Source: Eledone cirrhosa (Eukaryota). From it: a DNA stretch of 64,000 nt. Below are positions 37,363 to 49,609 of the stretch, one piece after another. Location of the stretch: positions 121,582,001-121,646,000 of the forward strand of contig OZ024742.1 in NCBI GenBank assembly GCA_964016885.1, given 5' to 3'. A model generated the notes under the pieces. It was not told where the DNA came from and did no database searches. It saw nothing but the letters and a program-made list of their open reading frames with translations. Position 1 is the first letter of the stretch. Each line of letters begins with the position of its first letter. The position numbers and the translations under genes are program-made.

Positions 37363-37437
37363 GCTGTGATAGATATTTCAATAACGACAGTAGCCACGTG
37401 ATTCCGCCTAACCAGTGTCATGAACTCATCAGACAGC
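37363..37437 (-). ncRNA. Hammerhead ribozyme motif with long stem II
   Basis: Minus strand: GCTGT-CTGATGA-GTTCATGACA...TGTCGTTATT-GAAA-TATCTA-TC-ACAGC. Stem I is GCTGT/ACAGC and the cleavage triplet is AUC. Confidence 0.6.
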
Positions 37438-37530
37438 TTCTTACATAATAAGGTTACGTTCTCGCGGCAAGCCAAATTAAAACGACAAGGGAACGGACAA
37501 AGATGATGTTTTTGAAGCCTTCGCCCGTTC

Positions 37531-37580
<50 letters not shown>

Positions 37581-37779
37581 CTGTCAGCATGACTTGGCAA
37601 GCTAATTAGAACACTGGATTAACCCCTTTACTTCGCTCTGAAGAAGAGTTATTATCTCGAAAATTAAGGATATTCAAATAAATTTAAGGTAAAAGACTAA
37701 TTGTCAGCGATATCTTTTGCATTTGTATTTATATTCTATATCCATACCTGCATTGTTCTGGCCTTCTAACTCCAAACGT

Positions 37780-38000
<221 letters not shown>

Positions 38001-38765
38001 TGTGTTTATGTATATATGCGTAAATGCATGTATGTGTGTATGCATGTATGAATATATAACTACACGTACAATTGTGTGCAAAGTTATACATGCATGAGCG
38101 CATGTGTGTGCCCAAATCCATGTCTACCATTTAAATCTTAATAATTTCTTATGTGTCCGTGTGTGTGTCCGTCCCCCCGTTTATATGCAACCTCTTAACG
38201 TTTTAGCTATCTACAAACTATCCGATAATTTCATGAGTTGTCTCCCTTCTACCCGCTGGACAGAATAGCCCCAGGAATGTTTGATAAATTCGTATACAGA
38301 CAGATTTCAAACCAGCGTAGCATCCCCTGTTTCAAATATAAATTTCTACCGTTCGGGGAGAGTTTTAGTGGAAGGACAACGCAGAAAGACACAGAACTCC
38401 AGCGTCATCGGTGGTTGCGATGGACGTTGGCAGTTTTGACCCCTATCAACGATACTGCTGGTCGATCCGGGGACAGCGTCTTACACAAGTCAAATCGCTG
38501 TCCTGTGAAGTAAGGAACGAGACAAATCAGTAACGTATAGCAATTAAGTTATGACAAGTACACAGAATTTCACGAGGCGACAAGTATTCTGCCTCGTATA
38601 TATATATATATATTGTTATACTTTGGGAGGGTCATGTTGCCAATAAGAAACACACGCACCAGTTGCTTTCACTTCAATTTATTATATATTTATAAATTTA
38701 TAAGTTTATAAATTTATAAATTTCTGGTTGATTGGTTGGTTCCACAACCAGATAGTTGTTTATAT

Positions 38766-38810
38766 AGTCATAGTTCTTTCGTCACACACTATGTGACCTC
38801 TTCAGTGACT
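38766..38810 (-). ncRNA. Type I minimal hammerhead ribozyme (mirror copy)
   Basis: Exact reverse complement of 38944-38988. Confidence 0.75.
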
Positions 38811-38943
38811 GGGGATTCCTTTCTTTGTTTCTGTTCCTCTCCTTGGTTCTGTCCTACGCCATTTTGTTTCTGTGACACACACAGAAACAAAATGGCGTAG
38901 GACAGAACAAAGGAGAGGCACAGAAACAAAGAAAGGAATCCCC

Positions 38944-38988
38944 AGTCACTGAAGAGGTCACATAGTGTGTGACGAAAGAACTATGACT
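38944..38988 (+). ncRNA. Type I minimal hammerhead ribozyme
   Basis: Stem I AGTCA/TGACT; core CTGAAGA plus one extra G; stem II GTCACA/TGTGAC; GAAA; 2-bp stem III (AG..CU); predicted cleavage after CUA at 38983. Confidence 0.75.
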
Positions 38989-39200
38989 ATATATAAACAA
39001 CTATCTGGTTGTGGAACCAACCAATCAACCAGAAATTTATAAATTTATAAACTTATACATTTATAAATATATAATAAATTCAAGTGAAAGCAACTGGTGC
39101 GTGTGTTTCTTATTGGCAACATGACCCTCCCAAAGTATAACAATATCGGTTTCAACACACGATTTCAGATAAAGAATCTTGCTAAACAAATTCAGAAACG

Positions 39201-39240
<40 letters not shown>

Positions 39241-39244
<4 letters not shown>

Positions 39245-39386
39245 ATAATATGTGAAGACTAAAATCCAAAGAGGGCTCGATAAATATATATGAAATATAT
39301 AAGAAGTCTAGAGCTAATATTTATTAAAATAACACCTTCTGAAGATCCCGTTAAGGGTGAAAGCAGCGATTCTTTGCTTAAACTTT

Positions 39387-39389
<3 letters not shown>
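39241..39389 (+). repeat. Family F repeat, internally deleted copy
   Basis: Both ends match the reverse complement of 30501-30810 and the middle is missing; (TA)n on both sides. Confidence 0.75.
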
Positions 39390-39449
<60 letters not shown>

Positions 39450-39836
39450 TATATATATTTAAAGAAAATTAAATAAAAAAGAAAATGTTCGCTCTACATG
39501 GCTGAATACAATAAATGTAATCTGAGTTTTTCGAATATTAATAATAACAGTCGATTCGTTTGTAATTATACAAACAAGCCTCAATTTTATAGCCATGTCA
39601 GTAGACTGAACCCTTCATTCTTGCTCTTGTGTTGAAAATGCAATTTATAACTTTACTGGCTTCACAAGTTGGCATAGCCACACATCTAACCATCACTCTT
39701 AACGTTTGAAATTCATGAAACCTGTGAAACCGGTAAAACTATCAATTATTGTAAATAAACCACCTCAATTTGCATTTTCAACATCTTTTCCCAATATTTT
39801 TACCCTTGTAGGATATATTAAAAAAACTTTACTTTC

Positions 39837-39985
<149 letters not shown>

Positions 39986-41057
39986 TGTGTGTGAGTGTAT
40001 GTTTTTTCTGTGATTTAGCAAAAAAAAATTATTTGGAAGCATTATCCTCCTTAGACAGTCAGAATTACAGCACATTTTTATGCCAGATGTTTATTCGAAA
40101 CAACACCTAACATATTATCTATGCTGACTATCATTCTTTGCAATGTGGAGGTGTAAAACATCAGTTCAGCAGACGTTGATAAACATAAGAATAACCTATA
40201 AAATCTCCCTTGATAATATATGCTCTAACCAGATATCCCATAGAAGTACTGCTGACGAATGTACATTGATATAAAGTGTTATTTTTTCTACTAATGAAAT
40301 ATTGGAATCGAATAAAAATTGATGCACAAATCAAATGAATATAAAGAACACATATCATTATATTTTCTCTAGACATTGTACTGTCTGAATTGCAGATACA
40401 ATAATGTTGCTGGCTATTATTTTCTATGTCGTAATATAACTTCCATACCTATAGTAGGTGAACCATTTCACATATTTTACTCATCACTTCATCCCACATT
40501 ATTTTACTGTTTCTTACAATCTGTTGTAACCCAAATGTACCCCATTAAATGTAAGGTTATAATATTGCAAGGAATAAGGCTTTATTTCTATTGAATCCGT
40601 TTAGACCGAAGCAAAACTGTCAAACAGATTACCAACTCGTAAAGTCATAAATTCAATTTCACTATCGCCGTTTCTTTGTGTTTCTGGAAAGACAACTTAA
40701 TTTCCCATTCAACAGTTAACCTAGCTGCCAGGAATAGATGTCAAATGATCTGTGAATTTTGCCATAAATGTACAGGCATCCTATCCAAAGGAAACTGTTC
40801 CGTGCCCGTTTCCATCTAGTAAACCAGATTTATTTACGATCATTATGTTGTTCTCTCTTCAAACTGTACTGCAAGGTCAACTTTACCTTTCAACCTTCTC
40901 AAGACGATAAAATAAGTATCAGCTTTTATTATTCATGTTGAACATAGTTACGCTCTGGTCATGAGAACCTATGATCTAAGGTTTTACTGCTGTGATCATG
41001 CCATATTTTGCTAACATTTCTCTATGTTGAACTACCTTATCCAATGTTTTAGACAGT

Positions 41058-41247
41058 ATGGAATTGTTCGAGAGAAATTTCACTGCTAATACTGGGAAAT
41101 AAATCGACATTGTAAAAACAGTATGGAGTACTTTGAGGGAAATTTGGCTGCTAATACCGGGAAATCATTCGACATTGTAAAAGTAGTAAGGAATACTTTG
41201 TGGGAAATTTGACTGCTAATACCAGGAAATCCATCGACATTGTAAAG
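41058..41247. repeat. Three imperfect tandem copies of a ~63-bp unit
   Basis: GAAATTT..CTGCTAATAC.GG.AAAT...TCGACATTGTAAA recurs three times. Confidence 0.8.
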
Positions 41248-43499
41248 GGCACATTGTTATTGTTAACTCACTATCAATGGTTTTTACTCTTTAGGAAGCG
41301 ATTAGTTAAGGGTCTCCTCCGTTCCTCTCGTACTTTCTCCCGGACTTTAGTTATGGTTAATCTCGCAAAATATGTTGCTGTTGCCGTTATTACTGCCAAC
41401 AACAGCCAAGTTACCAACATCAACGCTATTGTCCATGGTGTAATTATGATTCATGTCATTATTCATATGAATACTACTTTTTCCTTTCTCAAATTCAAAA
41501 TATTTTTTATCACAGAAGGGGATGGGGTTTCTCTTAACTTTCTCTAAAGGAAAGCTGCGACTATCATTGCGGAAGTCTCCTTTGATCACCACAACAGAAG
41601 ACGCCATGTTTACAAACATTTTGAAATGTCGTCTCGGCAAAAACAGAAAGAAAAGAAAATACACACGTCAAAATATAACAGGGATGCCAAACATTTAAAG
41701 CTAACTATCTTCTAAAGAAGCTACACACAAATAAAAATGAAAACAGAAACAAAAAATATTCATTCAATTTTTTCAAACACAAACATGGGAGCAAAATCAA
41801 ATCACGCCCGACTGCTTGTGAATTCAATAATAATAAGGATGATGATGATAATGCCAACAATAATAATAAGGATAATGATGATGATGATAATAATAATAAT
41901 AATGATAATAATAACAACAACAATAATAACAACTACAGCAGCAACAACACCAACAATAATAATTACTCTATTGCGGAAACGAACCCATACATTCATACCA
42001 TAAATCGTTATACATGGGGATTACAAAACGTGTGGAAATTGACAAAAAATTATATTAAAAACGAGAAGACAGGCAAAGGCGTTATATAATATAACGAATT
42101 CAAATTTTGATATAAACTAAAGAAAAAATATTATAATTATATGATTACATAAAACTTATAATGAATAAAACATAATATAATATAATATAACAAAAAAAAC
42201 ATGAAACACAAATTCGATAATCCACCCACACACGTGTGTAAACCTACCGACATAGGATTACAGCAACTCATATTTTTGGTCGCCTATTACAAAATGGTAT
42301 ACCTGAAGATGTCTTTTAGTATCTCTGGTATAGGTTATCGCCAGAAAACACCCACGTCCTATAGGAAGTTGCACTAGTGTACTTTGCACTAACAGGTTAT
42401 CATTCGAGTGTTCCACATAATTGGAGCCCACCTGCGTCTTAATCACAGCCTTACCACCCCATTCCTTCAGTTTCTATAGAAGGACTATCAGTTCTTGTTG
42501 TTTCCTCTTCTAAGCGAAGATATCCCATTCTTCTACCTCATTCGGCCTCTTTCCATATCTTTCTACCCCATTCGTTGTCTTTTGCCGCCTTTCATCCTCC
42601 TTCGTCCTGTTTACCCTGCTACAAACTTTATGCCAATTTCCTCCTCTTCCTTCCTTTTTCTATCTTTCTTCTCTTTCTGTTACTTTCTATCACTTTCACC
42701 GACTTTCACCGACTTTCGCCCTAGTTGCCGCAATTTACCCCTTTTCTCTCCTTCCCGTATGTTGAAAGAGGTGGAAAGAGTGGGAAATACAGAGAAAGAT
42801 TGGAAAGAGTACGAAAAGAGGGAAAGAGGGTGAAGTGGAGGAAAGCAGCGGAAATTGAGCTAAAGTGAGTTTCGGCGGTATAATGAAAGCGAAAACGACG
42901 AATGGTGGTGAAAAAAGGTGAAAGAAGAAGAAAACGATGAAAATGTTAGAGTCGAAAAACGACAAGAATGGAGCAGGGGAGAAAGGGGAAGTAATTGAGC
43001 TAAAACAGCTTAAAATACGTTAAAAGAAGCGAAAGATATGTAAAGAATGTAGGAGGGAGTTAGATGAGGAACGACTCTGAGAGCAGTAGTGTGGTATACT
43101 AATAATGCTTATAGCATTGCCCGGTTCTTTAAGACAAAACATATAGTTCTATACGATCTATAATGTTCCCAACATGAAAAAAGACTTCTTTCAACTTCCG
43201 AGTTTTTCTTCGTGTTTTTGTTTTTAATTGCATCGTCAGAAAAGGAGGCAGCTGCTTTCCTGACATACGTACAACACTAGCAAGATATTTGCTGTCTTTG
43301 GTACGTCTATTTGCCATTGTTGCAGCAGGTTGGTACATCTTTCTTGTTGAGAAGAAGACTGAATCTAAAATAGAATCTTATATATAGAGATGTAGTCGTA
43401 GTAGTAATAGTGGTGGTAGTTGTGTCTTTTCACAGAACAAAATTATTTTTAGGGAGAGGGAAATTTTCTGTATATATGTGTGTGGAACACAATCTTCGA

Positions 43500-44226
43500 T
43501 AAAGTTCAATACAATATAATACTTATATATAAAATGAATCACTATCTCCCTACGGACAACTGACGCTGCACACCAGGTCCGAACACAGAAGAGCCGAAGT
43601 CCCACTGTCATCGCCTCCATCTCTCTCACCATCGACATCTCTCACTATTATGAGCAAATAGGGTCCCACATACTGGCCGTCCTACGGCCCCGGTGGACAG
43701 AATGGAGAAGGCGTTTTCCCGGAGGAGGGTAAGGGAGATGCGCTGGAAGAGCCATTCCATCTCACGAGGCTCACACATGCGGCTAGCCAGCTCAGCGCCT
43801 ATGGTGGTAAGTAGCGAGGTAGCCCTAGGGCCAAGGACAACAGAAGTCTCCACTGTTAGGGGCTCGACTGCAAGCCTATCGGAGAGCGACCGATACTTGG
43901 AGAGTTTACCCTCCTCAGCCCGAAGTGCAGCAGAACCTGGGTTAGTCACAGACTGCACAAGGTTGCGGCTGGAGAATGTGTCGCTGCAAGTGGCATCCCA
44001 GACAAGGGGTTTGCCACCGTGGAACGGGAAGAGGGTCATACCGTCTGGCCTTTTGTCGTCCCCTCGGTGCAGCCCCACCGGCTCGAGCTGGGAGGGGAAA
44101 CCTGCAACATCCAAGCTATGCTTTATGACCTAATTGAGGGCAGCATGGCGTGGAAGGCGGCCGGCACTGTGGCGACAGGAAAGTGGGTGGAGGCCGAAAG
44201 AATCCACGGTGGATCCACAACGACAT
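43500..44226 (-). mobile_element. CRE/SLACS-clade LINE 3' fragment (restriction-like endonuclease)
   Basis: RH..LN...LEP.GL.R.DDKRPDG.TL.PF..GK.LVWDATCSDT...AEE.K..KY...P.TVET...G...LFQRIS....R.NA is the CRE-type RLE pattern. Confidence 0.85.
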
Positions 44227-44299
44227 GAAGTTGTTTACTTGTATAGTGGAAATGCTTGTGGCCAGTTTTTAAAGTATTGTCACGTTCTCTTTGCAATTG

Positions 44300-44990
44300 C
44301 TATTTAAATTCATGTTCGTGCTGACAGAATGTTAAAATGCCAGTTAAAATTCTTGGAGGGTCTGTTAGACGAAGAAGAAAATATGTTGTTACACAAGTAT
44401 GAACATATTTAAAAATAAAATAAAAAAAAAAGTTCCACCTCGAAGTTCTACCATAAAAATTCACTTCACATAACTCAGACCTGTCAAATCTCCTCGTCCG
44501 ACGAAGAAATTTGCAATAGCCTTTGGATAGCCTTTGGGGTGGGTGATAGATGTCTTCTCTTGTGAAATTGGGTATAGCTGTCATTACGTAAAATCTCCCC
44601 ATTTTGCCTCATTTCTCCCCGTTTTGGGGCACTTTTTTTCTTGGTACTCTCCATTGAGGTTTTTAGAGGTTGACAGGCCTGCAATATGCCAGCAATGTTT
44701 GGATACTGAGCGCACAGAAAGCTCTTTGTGCCTATTTCTCAGGATGTGTCCTTAATGTAAAAATAATCCCAGAAACTATGTATAAACGGGCGACTAAACC
44801 TGCAATATGTAAGCATAAGCAGTTAGCCATCTTTAAATAGCGTTTAAAGAAGAGGACGCACCCTAATTTTGACAACCAAAAATTTGAATTAAAAAAAAGA
44901 AATATACAACCTTCGGCCTCCAGGACGCATGGTAGAGTTTTGAGACTTATTTTAGGATAAAAGTAGCGTCTTCAACGCCGGGAAATACGG
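44300..44990 (-). mobile_element. Possible Tc1/mariner (pogo-like) transposon remnant
   Basis: Terminus reads TA|CCGTATTTCCCGGCGTTGAAGACGC on the minus strand. Interior is decayed and no second TIR was located. Confidence 0.35.
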
Positions 44991-45024
44991 TATATCTGTG
45001 TAGCATTATTATCAATATACAATA

Positions 45025-45206
45025 GGGCGGTGAATTGGCAGTATCGGTAGAGGGTCGGACATGCTTTCCAGCATAGTTACGTCCCTTTACGATCTGAGTT
45101 CAAATCCCGCCGAGGTTAACTTTGCCTTTCATCCTTACGGGGTCGATAACATAAAGTACCAGTAATGTACTGGGATAATTGCTGGCCTTGTGCCAAAAGT
45201 AGAAAC
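45025..45206 (+). mobile_element. SINE family 1, full-length reference copy with TSD
   Basis: A box TGGCAGTATCGG, B box GAGTTCAAATCCC, conserved central domain, tail GCCTTGTGCCAAAAGTAGAAAC. TTATTATCAATATAC on both flanks. Confidence 0.9.
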
Positions 45207-45345
45207 AGTTATTATCAATATACCCATTAACATATCTTTGCAATTGAATACAAATTATTATGCCTCAATGTATTGTATGACGTCCTTTCTCGACTTAATG
45301 TTTATATTGTATGTATGTTCATCCGTACATATTTGTAATGTATTG

Positions 45346-45562
45346 TTGGGTGAGTCATAAGTAATCGGGCAGGAAAGATTTATTTTCCAAATGATATTTT
45401 CTAAAATTCTGGTCATACATTACGAAATTATAAATACATCAAACAAAAGTAGTTAAAATATATAAACATGGCTGATCACACACAAATATGCGGATATTCA
45501 AAAAGTTATCTAAATTTGCAATAAAAGTGCAATGACTTCCCAGTTACTTATGACTCACGCTG
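45346..45562. mobile_element. Tc1/mariner-type MITE
   Basis: Inverted termini GGGTGAGTCATAAGTAATCGGG / CCCAGTTACTTATGACTCACGCTG|TA around an AT-rich interior. Confidence 0.65.
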
Positions 45563-45584
45563 TACTTTGCAGCATAGAATCACG

Positions 45585-46370
45585 GCTCTTTACGTTCTGA
45601 GTTCAAAACAATCTCGCCGAGGTTAGCTTTGCCTTTCATCCTTGCAGGGTCAATAAACTAAACTACCAGTAATGCACTGGTGTCGAATTAATTGACTTCT
45701 CCCCCACCAAAAAGTTGTTGGCCTTGTTTCTAAATCAGAAACCATTATTACTAGAGAACGGTGGATTGGCAGTACTGGTAGAGGGTTGCGCCCCTTTACG
45801 GTCTGAGTTCAAATCCCGCCGAGGTTAACTTTGCCTTTCATCTTTACGGGGTCGATAAAATAAAGTACCAGTAATGTACTGGGATAATTGCTGGTCTTGT
45901 GCCAAAAGTAGAAATTATTACTAGAGAGCATCAGATTGGCAGTATCGTTGGAATGTTCGATAAAATGCATTGCGGTATTTAGTTCCGACTTTCTACATCC
46001 TGAGTTCAAATCCCACCGAGGTCAACTTTGCCTTTTATTTTTCGGATGTCGATAAAATAAAGTAGCTTTTAAGCATTCGGGTCGATTTACTCGACTTTCT
46101 TCGCCTACTACATTACTGGCTTTGTACCTATATTAGAAATAATTATTAAAGGTCCATGGATTGTCTTGCCAGTAATCGGGGAAGCGTCGGACAAAATGCT
46201 TTGTGGCATTTTCATTGCGACTTTCTACCTTCTGACCTTCTGAGTACAAATACCACCATTACCAACTTTGCCTTTCGTTCTTTAGGAATTGATAAAATTA
46301 AGTACCAGTTAAGTAGTAGGCTCAGTATAATTGACCCCCTCCTCCCCGAATCCCTGTCCCAATGTTAGAA
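45585..46370 (+). mobile_element. Tandem cluster of four SINE family 1 copies of differing decay
   Basis: Core recurs at ~45620, 45820, 46020 and 46260, separated by ATTATT spacers. Confidence 0.8.
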
Positions 46371-47029
46371 AAAATTATTTTTCTTAAGGAAATGGTGAAA
46401 ACATTGGCGAAGCTTGGCATGGTGATGACTGAAGTTAACAGCAGAAAAATCTATTTGTGAACTTGAACGACGCACTGGAAACTTAAGAAAGACCAGGTGA
46501 ATATGCATTGTCCTTCCTACATTATAGGTCTGTACTTGCCCATAATCCTGTTTGAGTCAATGATTGTTGTAAGTTCGTTATGGATTCATGTGGTGACGAT
46601 GTTAGGAGTCGAACTATTGATCTGGTCTGAGATTCTATCGATTTGAAAATCTAAATATCTTTTGAATTATATCAATAGGTGAGACATACATGACATAGCA
46701 TTTGTAACATCGCAACTTTCACTATATTTGTCTTTGATGACCATTTCATACCATCTATATGTGATATACCATTATATTTCGCACTATATATTTTAAAATA
46801 TGAGGGCCACTAGTATCTCATAGTGTAGGTAAAGTTAACATATTTAATGCACAATACATCTATATGGTTAAATAGAAATAGTTATGCTGTGAAGAAAAGA
46901 AAGAAAAGAAAAACAAACAAAACAATATTAGTAATTAGCTAATCTTTTTTAAATCATTTAAACGAGTACGGGAGACTATGTTTCAGTCTTATCAGCAAAG
47001 CACATACATCAGCGTACTTGCTGAAGTTG

Positions 47030-47560
47030 TGATAGAGGAATCGGTATTTAAATGGACATGATTTAAATGCAAGAATTGCTGGAGTTGGTACACTAATGCG
47101 CCAGCTTCATCACTCTGTCATCAGTAGATGGGAGGTAGTGTATAATCTAATTCGATATTCGTGTCTACCCCTAACTATTGTGATGAACGTTTGGTAATTA
47201 CCGAAAGAATACGAGCAGGAATGCAAGTAGCCGAAATGGGGTTGTTCCGATGCATCTTTGAAGTAACGTTACTCGAGAGGGTGCATAGTTCGGAGATTAG
47301 AGTCTCTCTCCCGGTAGAGCTGCTACTTCTAATGGACATGCGGTTCTACGGTCATGTGGTTAGAATGCCTAAGGAAAAAAATCGCTGGAGAGATTTTATG
47401 GGAAAAACGAACTGGCAAGAGACTCAGATGTAAACCCCGAGGAAGATGTTTGAATAACATCTATAAATCGACTGGTCTCAATTGGGAACCCAGCCGGACC
47501 ACTATGAAACGGTTATTTTTCGAAAGTGTGTCTGATGATTCTCCCTCCATGTAAATGTTC
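47030..47560 (+). pseudogene. Decayed RTE-type LINE 3' fragment (similar remnant at ~56930-57300)
   Basis: QVAEMG.FR.I..VTLLERV.SSEIR..L.VE.LLL...RFYGHVVRMP.E. Confidence 0.65.
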
Positions 47561-48865
47561 AGAGAAAGAATTAATTAGAAATGCCATCTAAAAAACAGAA
47601 AAACAAAACAATAGCTGGTTATGTTGGGCCTGTTATTTTTATCTAAAGACATTTTTTTCCAATTCCATCCCGCCCGTCCCCTCAATTTATCTTATTTCTC
47701 ATCCTTTCTTCTGATAAAGGACTAGACCCTTTTCCTGCTATATCAAGCGTTAACCTAATATATCCCTTCCATATACTGTACCGATTGTGTTGTTATTTCT
47801 GTTTACTTTTTACACACACCCACACACATATATAAATGCTTATACTACTTAGACATATTTTTGTAGGGAGGAAAAACTTAGCATTACTCATTGGTGTGCA
47901 GGAGACATTTAGAGACATATTTCATATAAAATAATTTAGTATAGTACTAAACATAGTGTTCCTTATACTAGTGTGAGGTATTATTCAATAAGAAAAAGTG
48001 CTATGCGCAGTGGTTTCATATCGCACTGGTTATTATCTTTAGATATATCACTGTATGTTACATTTTGATTAATTGCTGCGTCGTATCGTTTTTATATAAT
48101 ACTATATAACGTATACTGCTACGAAATTTATCATTCGATAAATTGTTGCATGCTTTCGTTTTATACTACTTTATGCTGCTTAATACTATAATGCCGCATA
48201 GTATTATCATATCCTTCGACATACTACTATGCGTTTGCGTATGTTGCATGCTGCTATATATCATCGTTCGATAAATTATGCTGTGCTATCGTTTTATATA
48301 ATATATACATGCTTTTGTGTCCGAAGGCATAGCAAAGTAGTTATAAAATTGGCTTTCCAATCGTGAGGTGGCGGATTTCGATTAAACTACTTGGCATCTT
48401 GTGCAAAGGTCTTTTCTTAAAACGAAAACAACGTCGTTTGTCGATTCAATCGTCGAGTATTACATTAAGGGTATATGCAGCTATGGAATACTCAGCCACT
48501 TTCATGTCAGTTTATCACGTAGGATGTTCAGGTGATCAATCAACTGAATGTTCATCGTTGAAGCTGACGGAATCTCCCCAGAGATCTACATGTAACCATA
48601 CAAGCAAGTACAGCAACTGTGTGGCCCTGCAGTTGGTATGGAGATTGTTTTTTTTTTAACACCATATGGATAAAGGTGTGAAATGGACAAAACTCAGAAG
48701 AGTCATTGTCTGCCGGCCAGCTGGAGCATTGTCTCCAAAATCATGATATAATGAAAAATCCGTCTCTGCTGTGTATACTACAATTCATCGAGAGAACACT
48801 ACTAATACCTATACAATCTATAACAACTTCAATACTGCGTACAGTTCTATGAAATAGTACTCTAT

Positions 48866-49155
48866 GGAGGAGCCTGGCCTGGTGGTAAGCGGGTTGGACT
48901 TACAATCATAATGTCATGGGTTCAAATCCTGTATTAGCATGTGGGCTATGTTCTTGAGCAAAAACACGTCATTTCACATCGATCCAGTGTACTCAGCTGA
49001 AAATGAGCACCAGCAATAGTTGGGAGTTGAACCCTGCGATGGACTGGCGTCTTGTGCAGTGGGGAGTGGGGAGTCTTATACTCCCAATCACTTAACATCA
49101 TGGAAACCGGGATAAGCATTGGCCTGATGAGCCTTCTGGTTCGAGACAGACTATA
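48866..49155 (+). mobile_element. tRNA-derived SINE family 3
   Basis: A box TGGCCTGGTGG, B box GGTTCAAATCC, CORE-like TGTTCTTGAGCAA, then ACCCTGCGATGGACTGGCGTC and GAAACCGGGATAAGC. Other copies at ~15580-15805 (+), 36085 (-) and 51685 (-). Confidence 0.8.
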
Positions 49156-49609
49156 GACGTAGACAACAGCGGAGGACTGGAACCAATGGAAAGATCGATC
49201 CACGTCTGATACACATTATCGACTCACGATATTTTATATAGACACTCATCGTCTGCTATCGACGAAATGCCTGTAGTACAGTACTTTATCTGTATAGAAA
49301 TATATACAGTAAACAGCAATATATATAGTATGCTGCTATGTGCTTTCGCTCAATAAATGGCTGTATGTTATCTGCTTAAATATCATTATATACTGTAAGC
49401 TGCTTTATGCTAGGTCTACTACTATTTCGTATAATATCGCAAGAAATACTGTTCCTTATAACTATGTATGCTTTGTCAGTTTTGAGTATATATAAGTATA
49501 TGAGTGTATATAAGTGTATATAAGTATATGAGTATATATAAGTGTATGATTGTATATGGTTAGCATATGAGTGAATGTAAGTATATGAGTGTGTATATAT
49601 ATATATATA

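Larger units (their letters stand above)
38612..39202. mobile_element. Palindromic non-coding mini-PLE (two inverted pLTRs plus 3' tail)
   Basis: 38612-38875 is a near-perfect reverse complement of 38880-39144. The right side continues ATGACCCTCCCAAAGTATAACAATATCGG (MTLPKYNNIG), homologous to the ORF start of the large PLE. Flanked by (TA)n. Confidence 0.9.

Noticed and set aside
45036-45110. tRNA genes
   Set aside because: A and B boxes are present, but there is no cloverleaf and each copy continues into a SINE body and tail.
49122-49152. CTGATGAGCC…GGTTCGAGAC in the SINE family 3 tail as a hammerhead
   Set aside because: It has GAGA rather than the required GAAA, and no stem I/III or NUH arrangement is evident.
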